Below, piece by piece: positions 55,912-62,862 of a DNA stretch of 64,000 nucleotides (position 1 is the stretch's first letter; each line of letters opens with the position of its first letter). A program made the translations under genes and the position numbers. Source of the stretch: an uncultured Acidobacteriota bacterium (GTDB lineage Bacteria > Acidobacteriota > Terriglobia > Acidiferrales > UBA7541). Location of the stretch: NCBI GenBank assembly GCA_963838945.1, contig CAWITC010000001.1, positions 42,074-106,073 on the forward strand, given 5' to 3'. Below the pieces are notes generated by a model. It saw only the letters and a program-made list of their open reading frames with translations. It ran no database searches and had not been told where the DNA came from.

Positions 55912-58362
55912 ATGCAAACATTGATCCAGGACATTCGCTATGCCCTGCGCATGTTGGCCAAGAGTCCGTCGTTCACGGCTCTTGCTGTAGTGACCCTGGC
56001 GCTCGGAATTGGCGCAAGCGCTGCAATTTTTGGTGTCGTAAACGGATTTTTGCTTCGCCCGTTGCCCGGCAAGGACAACGCCAAACTCACCGTCATTGCC
56101 ATCCGCCATCCCGGGAACCAGGATCCCCACGGCCCTTCTTTTCTTGACTTCCAGGATTTCCGCAATGCGACGGACGCTTTTTCTGGAATGGCGGCATATG
56201 ACATGGATTTTGTGGGTGTCCGCGCGGAGGGACGCAGTGATCGTGTTTTCGCCAATTACATAACGGCTGATTTCTTCGCGACGCTCGGCCTCAACCCGGC
56301 CTTGGGCAGTTTGGTATTCCCCGGCGAGCCGGATAAATCCGGCGTTTCACCGATGGTGATTTTGAGTTATCCCTATTGGCAGCAGCGTTTCGGCGGCGAC
56401 GCGGGGATCATTGGAAAAACGATTGTGGTAAACGGAAAGCCCTGCGCCGTCATCGGGGTCTCGCCGAAGGGATTTTTCGGGCCCTATACTCCGGCGGAGA
56501 TTGGTGTCTTTCTTCCCTTCGGGCTTTCTGATCCAGACACCCTCACCAATCGAGCCCATCACGGATTGCACGTTTTGGCGCGCCCGCGCCCCGGTGTATC
56601 ACGAACGCAGGCGCAAGCCTCGCTTCAGATTATCGCCGGCCATCTCACTGAGTTGTACCCTGCCACCAATCAGGGAACCAAAGTGGACGTCCTGGCGGAG
56701 AGCATGGCGCGCCCCGAGCCCGGCTCCGGCTCGGCCAATGCAATGCCACTCATTGTAGGTGTCTTCCTGGCCATGGCGGGCCTGGTGCTTCTGGTAACTT
56801 GCGTAAACGTCGCCAATCTACTTCTTGTTCGCGGCGCTGGGCGCGGCAAGGAGCTGGCTGTTCGTGCAGCCATGGGCGCCGGAAGGATGCGTTTGGTCCG
56901 CCAACTTCTCACGGAGAGTTTGCTTCTCGCCGCCATGGGCGGCATCGCAGGCGCCGCGCTGGGTTCGTGGCTGTCAAAACTTGCTGCCTCCCTTCGATTG
57001 CCCGGCGATATTCCCTTGCACATGGATTTCAGCTTTGATTGGCGCGTATTCACGGTCATCGCAGCCATCGTTGCGTTCTCCGGCATTCTGGCCGGACTGG
57101 GGCCTGCCATCCGTGTGTCCCGCACGGATCTGAACCTAACCTTGCGGGAAGGAGGAAGGTCGGATTCAGCGGGTGCCGGGCGCAGCCGCCTTCGCGGGGC
57201 GCTGGTGGTGGCGCAGGTCGCGGGATCCTTCGTTGTCCTGATTTTCGCGGGCTTGTTTCTTCGCAGCTTGCAAACGGCTGAGCGCGCCGATTTGGGATTC
57301 CGGTCGAATGGAGTTCAGTTGGCTTCCGTTGACCTGAGCCAATTTGGCTATGACGAGGCGCGTGGCACGGAGTTTTTCAGGGACGTCGCCTCTCGCGTTC
57401 GCGCGCTGCCGGGCGTCGAGTCCGCAAGTCTCGCTTCTTCTATTCCTTTGGGAAATGACAATTTGAGCGACCGTGTTTGGAAGGAAGGCGAACAAGCCCT
57501 TCCGCTGGCGAAGGTTCCTAACATTGGATACAACATCGTGGATTCGGATTACTTCCGGACTCTGGACATTCCGATTCTTCGTGGGCGGACATTCACGGCT
57601 CAGGACACCAAGGCTTCGATCTCCGTTGCCGTCATTAACGAAACGATGGCCCGTCAACTCTGGCCGGCGCAGGATCCTCTTGGCCGTCATTTCCGAAAGG
57701 CAAAGGCGGATGGACCGGAAATTGAAGTCGTCGGTGTCACCCGCAACGGAACGTACACTTCATTGTTCGAAGACCCGCAACCCCACTTTTATCTTGCGGA
57801 AACACAATCTTACGCGGCGCATCGGGTCATTCTGGTCCGTACGATGCTGCCAGAGGCGAGCATTGCGCCCGGGATCGAGGGGATCATTCGCAATCTCGAT
57901 CCGGATCTTCCCGTTTATGACGTAATGCCCATGAGCGAATCGCTAAACGGTGGAAACGGTTTCTTCCTTTTGCGCGTGGGGGCAATATTCGCGGGAGCGC
58001 TCGGAGCGCTCTCCCTGTTGCTGGCTGTGATCGGAGTCTATGGAGTGATTTCTTACGTGACCGGCCAACGCACGCACGAAGTAGGCGTTCGCATGGCCCT
58101 GGGAGCGCAGCGAGGCCAAATTCTCTCGCTTGTGCTTCGCCAGGGAATTACCCTGGTGGGGATTGGTCTTGCACTCGGGCTGGCGCTTTCCTTTGCCATG
58201 ACGCGTTTCCTGGGAAGTCTGCTCTTCCAAATCAGTTCATTCGACCCTTTTACTTTCGCTGCTGTTTGCTTGCTCCTGGCAAGCGTGGCCACTGTTGCCT
58301 GCTATTTGCCATCACGCCGCGCAACGGCGGTGGATCCTTTGATTGCGCTTCGATACGAATAA
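55912..58362 (+). CDS. ADOP family duplicated FtsX/MacB-type permease (816 aa)
   Basis: ATG at 55912 after GGAGG. MQTLIQDIRYALRMLAKSPSFTALAVVTLALGIGA is the hallmark ADOP N-terminus. Two MacB_PCD+FtsX halves. The ORF-track start at 55783 lies inside hairpin A. Confidence 0.85.
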   Translation: MQTLIQDIRYALRMLAKSPSFTALAVVTLALGIGASAAIFGVVNGFLLRPLPGKDNAKLTVIAIRHPGNQDPHGPSFLDFQDFRNATDAFSGMAAYDMDFVGVRAEGRSDRVFANYITADFFATLGLNPALGSLVFPGEPDKSGVSPMVILSYPYWQQRFGGDAGIIGKTIVVNGKPCAVIGVSPKGFFGPYTPAEIGVFLPFGLSDPDTLTNRAHHGLHVLARPRPGVSRTQAQASLQIIAGHLTELYPATNQGTKVDVLAESMARPEPGSGSANAMPLIVGVFLAMAGLVLLVTCVNVANLLLVRGAGRGKELAVRAAMGAGRMRLVRQLLTESLLLAAMGGIAGAALGSWLSKLAASLRLPGDIPLHMDFSFDWRVFTVIAAIVAFSGILAGLGPAIRVSRTDLNLTLREGGRSDSAGAGRSRLRGALVVAQVAGSFVVLIFAGLFLRSLQTAERADLGFRSNGVQLASVDLSQFGYDEARGTEFFRDVASRVRALPGVESASLASSIPLGNDNLSDRVWKEGEQALPLAKVPNIGYNIVDSDYFRTLDIPILRGRTFTAQDTKASISVAVINETMARQLWPAQDPLGRHFRKAKADGPEIEVVGVTRNGTYTSLFEDPQPHFYLAETQSYAAHRVILVRTMLPEASIAPGIEGIIRNLDPDLPVYDVMPMSESLNGGNGFFLLRVGAIFAGALGALSLLLAVIGVYGVISYVTGQRTHEVGVRMALGAQRGQILSLVLRQGITLVGIGLALGLALSFAMTRFLGSLLFQISSFDPFTFAAVCLLLASVATVACYLPSRRATAVDPLIALRYE

Positions 58363-58371
58363 TCGATAAAC

Positions 58372-58445
58372 ACTTGCGCCCCGCGGCCACATGCAGTTGG
58401 CTCGCGGGGCGCTTTGCTTTGCATTCGCCAGGACGCTCTTTCCAT
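58372..58445 (+). repeat. hairpin element, copy B (45-nt core + 29-nt extension shared with copy C)
   Basis: Core ACTTGCGCCCCGCGGCCACATGCAGTTGGCTCGCGGGGCGCTTTG at 58372-58416 forms a 13-bp stem with one bulged T and a 10-nt loop, followed by TTTGCTTTG. It begins 10 nt after the ADOP1 stop. Confidence 0.85.
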
Positions 58446-58482
58446 TTCGTTCGTCCGCTGCTGCAATAAATGCTGCGTTGAG

Positions 58483-58508
58483 GGAACGTTTCGCATCCAT
58501 CCCGCGTA
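58483..58508 (+). promoter_or_regulatory. ECF-sigma-type promoter candidate (GGAAC-N17-CGTA)
   Basis: GGAAC at 58483-58487 and CGTA at 58505-58508, 25 nt before the ADOP2 ATG. Aligns with the ADOP1 upstream region (GGAACnTTTCGC...CGTnTCT...GGAGGTCCnATG). Confidence 0.4.
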
Positions 58509-58533
58509 TCTATTCGGAGACATAGGAGGTCCG

Positions 58534-61002
58534 ATGCTCACCCTTATCCAGGACGTTCGGTACGCCCTCCGCATGCTCGCCAAGAGCCCGGGGTTCACGG
58601 CAGTTGCAGTTCTCACGCTCGCCGTCGGCATCGGCGCAAACACGGCCGTCTTCAGCATCGTCAATTCATTCCTGTTTCGTCCATTGCCCGTGACGGATTC
58701 GGCGCACCTCGTCGTGGTTGCCTGTCACGACCCAAAGGCTAACTACCCTCACGAGCTCTCCAACGCCGATTTCCTGGATTTTCAAGCGCACAGCGAAGTA
58801 ACTTCCGACATGACGGCCTTCCTCATCCATTTCGCGGGCTTGAGTGCCGACAATCGCAGCGAGCGCATTCTCGCGACCTATGCCAAGGGCAATTATTTTT
58901 CCTCACTCGGCATCCAGCCTGCCCTCGGACGCCTTTTTCTTCCTGGCGAGGGTGATTCGCCGGGATCCGATCCCGTCATCGTTCTCGGCCACTCCTTCTG
59001 GATGCGTCGCTTCAACGGAGACCCCTCGATAGTGGGAAAGAGCGTGATTTTGGACGGGCGGCCCGTAACCATCATCGGAGTGGTGCCGGAAACATTCTTC
59101 GGCACGTTTTATATCGTGGAATCGGACGCCTATGTGCCTCTCGGAGTGCTTACGACCAGTGCGGGCTTGTCCAATCTTCTCACCGACCGCAAGGACCGCC
59201 AGCTCCGCGTCCTCGCGCATCTGAAGCCGGGCGTCTCCATCGAGAAGGCGCGCGTATCTCTTCAACTGACCGCGGACAATCTCGCCCGGGCGTACCCCGA
59301 CACCGACGCGGGCCTCCAGATGGACGTGATTCCCGAAAAGCTGGCTCGGCCCGAAGCCTCCAGTGCGAGCTCCTGGCCGTTGATCGCCGCCGTGTTCCTC
59401 GCCCTCGTGGGCCTCGTGCTGATCGTCACCTGTGTGAACGTCACGAACTTGCTGCTTTCACGCGCCTCGATTCGCGCAAAGGAAATGGCGGTTCGCGCCG
59501 CTCTTGGAGCGGGCCGCCTCCGGCTGATTCGCCAATTGCTCACCGAGAGCCTCCTGCTATCGGCGCTGGGCGCGATCGGCGGCGCAGCCATTGGCCTGTG
59601 GCTCATGAAATGGGTGGAAGCCATTCGCCTCCCGGGCGTTAGCGGTGTATCCTTGCGAACCAATCAACCTTTTGACTGGCGCATGTTCCTATTCGTCGGC
59701 TTGGTCGCGGCCGCCTCCGGATTGCTCGCAGGTCTCGTTCCGGCGTTCCGTGCGGCGCGAATCGATCTGAATGACACGCTGCGGGAAAGCGGCCGCGGTC
59801 TTACGGGCGGCGCCGCTCACAACCGCATTCGCAACTTCCTGGTCGTCGCGCAGGCGGCCGGCTCGCTCGTTGTGCTCATCATGGCAGGACTTTTCCTGCG
59901 CAGTTTGCAGCGCGCGGAAAAGGCGGACCTCGGATTTAAGCCCGAGCACCTCCTGATTTTCACGATGGATGTGCAGGAATTGGGATACGACGAGCCGCGC
60001 GGCGCGAATTTCTATCGCGAACTCGGCGGCCGCGTTCGCGCTTTACCCGGCGTCGAATCCGCTGCCTTCGCTTACTCCGTGCCCATGGGCTATTACAGCT
60101 CGGGACGGAACCCGCTCTGGAGCGAAACTCAGCGAGGCTTGCCCGTGAGCGAGGTCGCATCGGTGCGCTTCAACAAAGTGGGTTCGGATTATTTCCGCGC
60201 GATGAGAATCGATATCGTTCACGGTCGCGCGATCGACGAGCGCGACCAGAACATCACGCCTCCTGTTGCCGTGATTAACGAAAACCTCGCGAAACAGCTT
60301 TGGCCGGGGCAAGATCCAATCGGCCATCACTTCCGCCGCGTGTCTGGTGAGGGGCCTGACGTCGAGGTCGTCGGCGTCGCGAAGTACAGCAAGACCGCTT
60401 CCATCGCGGAGGATCCCGGTCCGTATTTCTATGTGCCGCTCGCCCAGGACTACACTTCCGTTCGCGTTCTGCACGTCCGCAGCTCGCTTCCGGCCGCCGA
60501 CATCGTGCGCGAGATCGAAGCCCAGGTTCGCGCCCTGGATCCGAATCTTCCCGTCTTCGACGTCATGCCCATGACGGAATCTCTCGAGGGCGGAAACGGT
60601 TTCTTCTTCCTCCGAATTGCCGCCACATTTGCCGGAGCGCTTGGCGGTTTGAGTCTCCTGCTCGCGGTCGTCGGCTTGTACGGCGTGATTTCGTACGCCG
60701 TCAACCAGCGGATCCATGAAATTGGCGTCCGCATCGCGCTCGGCGCCCAACAGCGGAACATTTTCGGCATGGTTATCGGACAGGGATTGAAGCTGGTGCT
60801 GACGGGCCTCGCGATCGGCGTGGCGCTGTCGGCTGGTCTTTCGCGATTCCTCGCCAGCCTGCTCGTGAATACCGGCGCGCTCGACCCTCTCGCCTACGCG
60901 TCCGCGTCGGTGCTTCTCGTTGCTGTCGCCGCACTCGCGTGTTACATTCCCGCGCGCCGTGCGATGCGCGTCGATCCGATTGTCGCGCTCCGCTATGAAT
61001 GA
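58534..61002 (+). CDS. ADOP family duplicated FtsX/MacB-type permease (822 aa), paralog 2
   Basis: ATG at 58534 after GGAGG. MLTLIQDVRYALRMLAKSPGFTAVAVLTLAVGIGA. Roughly half the residues match ADOP1 by eye over the N-terminal 200 aa. Confidence 0.85.
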   Translation: MLTLIQDVRYALRMLAKSPGFTAVAVLTLAVGIGANTAVFSIVNSFLFRPLPVTDSAHLVVVACHDPKANYPHELSNADFLDFQAHSEVTSDMTAFLIHFAGLSADNRSERILATYAKGNYFSSLGIQPALGRLFLPGEGDSPGSDPVIVLGHSFWMRRFNGDPSIVGKSVILDGRPVTIIGVVPETFFGTFYIVESDAYVPLGVLTTSAGLSNLLTDRKDRQLRVLAHLKPGVSIEKARVSLQLTADNLARAYPDTDAGLQMDVIPEKLARPEASSASSWPLIAAVFLALVGLVLIVTCVNVTNLLLSRASIRAKEMAVRAALGAGRLRLIRQLLTESLLLSALGAIGGAAIGLWLMKWVEAIRLPGVSGVSLRTNQPFDWRMFLFVGLVAAASGLLAGLVPAFRAARIDLNDTLRESGRGLTGGAAHNRIRNFLVVAQAAGSLVVLIMAGLFLRSLQRAEKADLGFKPEHLLIFTMDVQELGYDEPRGANFYRELGGRVRALPGVESAAFAYSVPMGYYSSGRNPLWSETQRGLPVSEVASVRFNKVGSDYFRAMRIDIVHGRAIDERDQNITPPVAVINENLAKQLWPGQDPIGHHFRRVSGEGPDVEVVGVAKYSKTASIAEDPGPYFYVPLAQDYTSVRVLHVRSSLPAADIVREIEAQVRALDPNLPVFDVMPMTESLEGGNGFFFLRIAATFAGALGGLSLLLAVVGLYGVISYAVNQRIHEIGVRIALGAQQRNIFGMVIGQGLKLVLTGLAIGVALSAGLSRFLASLLVNTGALDPLAYASASVLLVAVAALACYIPARRAMRVDPIVALRYE

Positions 61003-61029
61003 CGATCCGGCTTGAACTGATCCAGATAG

Positions 61030-61103
61030 ACTTGCGCCCCGCGGCCACATGCAGTTGGCTCGCGGGGCGCTTTGCTTTGCATTCGCCAGGACTCCCTTTC
61101 CAT
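61030..61103 (+). repeat. hairpin element, copy C (core identical to B and D; extension near-identical to B)
   Basis: Core at 61030-61074 is identical to B. The next 29 nt (CTTTGCATTCGCCAGGACTCCCTTTCCAT) differ from B at 3 positions. No ADOP gene follows. Confidence 0.85.
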
Positions 61104-61419
61104 CCTCTCCCTCCGCTCCTGAGTACCGTCCTAATTTGAGTTCGACTCAGGTTCTTAGGGGCTTAGCGGAGCGGAGCTTTATCTCCGACATTCAGATTCC
61201 CAATCATTGCGTGCTTTCGCGTCTTGTGCGCGCCGACGCTTCCCGTCGGGAAACCCTGAAGGATCTCCGCGGAACGCTCATGGTCAAGTGTCGCATCACC
61301 AAGTTAAGGCAATGGCGCGAACGAAACAAACTTGATGCGCATCACTCCAGGCGCATTCTGATATTCCTTCATCGGCGCGCAGTCCGTATGGACTACTGAC
61401 TTGCATCCCGTAACCAATG

Positions 61420-61437
61420 CGAGTACAATCGTACTCG
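61420..61437. promoter_or_regulatory. perfect 7+7 inverted repeat (candidate operator) overlapping a TACAAT box
   Basis: CGAGTAC-aatc-GTACTCG ends 2 nt before the MNT ATG at 61440. Confidence 0.4.
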
Positions 61438-61439
61438 AT

Positions 61440-62051
61440 ATGCGAACACAACGGACTAAGGCGAATCTCACGGATGTCTTGTTTGGTCAAACCCGGCAGG
61501 CGGTCCTGGGCTTTCTATACAGCCAGCCCGACAAGCCATTTTATTTGCGTGAGCTGGCGCGACACGCCGGAACAGGTCTTGGTGCCGTCCAGCGGGAAGT
61601 AGTAAAGCTTGCGGAAGCGGGGATTTTGCGTCGCTCGGTTCGGGGCAATCAGGTGTTTTATCAAGCGAATCGAGACAACCCCATCTTTCAAGAACTCAAG
61701 AGCATCATATCGAAGACGGCTGGAGCTCACGATATTCTCCGGGAGGCATTGTTCCCGTTGCGCGGGCGCATTCGAGTGGCCTTTGTCTATGGTTCCGTTG
61801 CCCGTCATGAGGAACGCGCCGACAGCGACGTGGACCTAATGGTCCTCGGAGAAGTCCCTTTCACGGAGATTGCCTCCGCCACTGCAACGGCGCAGAAAAG
61901 ACTAGGACGAGAAATCAATCCAACCGTGTACCCCGTCGCTGAATTTCAATCGAAACTAAAAGCGAAAAGTCATTTCTTGAAGAGTGTTCTGCGTCAAAAG
62001 AAACTGTTTATCCTCGGAGATGAAAATGAGATTGCAGGATTGGCTTCGTAA
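61440..62051 (+). CDS. winged-HTH + minimal nucleotidyltransferase (MNT) protein, putative antitoxin
   Basis: N-terminal wHTH-like segment (FYLRELARHAGTGLGAVQREVVKLAEAGIL) and NTase motif GSVARHEERADSDVDLMV (GS...DxD). The first ATG is at 61440; the ORF opens at TTG 61401. Confidence 0.75.
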   Translation: MRTQRTKANLTDVLFGQTRQAVLGFLYSQPDKPFYLRELARHAGTGLGAVQREVVKLAEAGILRRSVRGNQVFYQANRDNPIFQELKSIISKTAGAHDILREALFPLRGRIRVAFVYGSVARHEERADSDVDLMVLGEVPFTEIASATATAQKRLGREINPTVYPVAEFQSKLKAKSHFLKSVLRQKKLFILGDENEIAGLAS

Positions 62052-62463
62052 GGGATGGTTGACCGAGCACAAGAGTAGCAAGGAAGAGATTAACGGACTT
62101 TTCGGGATCATCGATCGCGACCTCGGCACGGCCCAAAACATAAGTATTCCGAGCGACTGGCGGTTCGCAATTGCGTACAATGCGGCTCTGCAAGTGGCAA
62201 CATCGGCGCTTGCTGCGTCTGGTTACCGCGCCTCGCGGGAAAGCCACCACTATCGAACGATCTATTCTCTTGAATTTACACTCGGCACCGATGCGGCGCG
62301 CGTTCGTAGCCTCGATGCTTTTCGGAAGAAGCGGAACGTCAGTAATTACGAAATGGGCGGCGGGATTTCGGATCGGGAAGTCTCAGAAATGATTGAGTTG
62401 GCCTTGCGTCTCCGCAAGGACTTGGACAAATGGTTGCGGGCAAACCACCCAAAATTGTTATAG
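62020..62463 (+). CDS. HEPN-like all-helical protein, putative toxin partner
   Basis: ATG at 62020 (MKMRLQDWL...) overlaps the MNT gene by 32 nt. Helical protein with an FRKKRNVSNYE motif (R-x-x-R-N...Y, classical HEPN-type). Confidence 0.6.
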   Translation: MKMRLQDWLRKGWLTEHKSSKEEINGLFGIIDRDLGTAQNISIPSDWRFAIAYNAALQVATSALAASGYRASRESHHYRTIYSLEFTLGTDAARVRSLDAFRKKRNVSNYEMGGGISDREVSEMIELALRLRKDLDKWLRANHPKLL

Positions 62464-62681
62464 TGGCGCCAGCGAGAAGAAACAGAACAAGAGATGAAAA
62501 CGAGCAGGGCTCCTAAAGTCCCAAGATACTGCTACTCGCATTCCGCATGGAATTCGCGAATCATCTTGCGTCCCAAAGTTTCAGGGCGATAGTTAACTCC
62601 CTCACATCGGAAATACGCCTTCCCGGCAACAAGGTAGATTTTTTGCAACTCCCTTGGGCGCAGGAGGTCCGCGCTTCAAAC

Positions 62682-62726
62682 ACTTGCGCCCCGCGGCCAC
62701 ATGCAGTTGGCTCGCGGGGCGCTTTG
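62682..62726 (+). repeat. hairpin element, copy D (45-nt core identical to B and C)
   Basis: ACTTGCGCCCCGCGGCCACATGCAGTTGGCTCGCGGGGCGCTTTG, followed by TGTTTTTG. Confidence 0.85.
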
Positions 62727-62862
62727 TGTTTTTGCCGAACCGCCGGCTGGGTGGCTCGCCCCGCCGCTTGTCCCGAGCCCGCAGCGGCGGTCGCTGGCTT
62801 CGGGGGCGGCGGGTCGGCAGCGGGCCTCCCGCAAGGGTATTAGCCGGCGGAACTCTTCATTA

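Noticed and set aside
61130-61360. Minus-strand frame MKEYQNAPGVMRIKFVSFAPLP*LGDATLDHERSAEILQGFPTGSVGAHKTRKHAMIGNLNVGDKAPLR, an ORF interrupted by TAA, between hairpin C and the TA pair
   Set aside because: It might be a decayed gene remnant, but I recognise no family and it contains an in-frame stop. The evidence is insufficient to annotate it.
62532-62648. Minus-strand 38-codon frame ...QKIYLVAGKAYFRCEGVNYRPETLGRKMIREFHAECE downstream of the HEPN gene
   Set aside because: The composition is protein-like, but only a TTG start directly abutting an AGGGAG is available and a TGA lies just upstream. It is possibly a gene remnant and cannot be supported as a gene.
55764-62726. Idea that the repeated hairpins are integron attC sites and the ADOP/TA units are gene cassettes
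   Set aside because: I find no R''/R' core sites (RYYYAAC ... GTTRRRY) at the stem ends. The element (about 37-nt hairpin) is shorter than typical attC. No intI or attI lies in the window, and the ADOP genes carry their own promoters. Only a genome-wide IntegronFinder run could fully exclude it.
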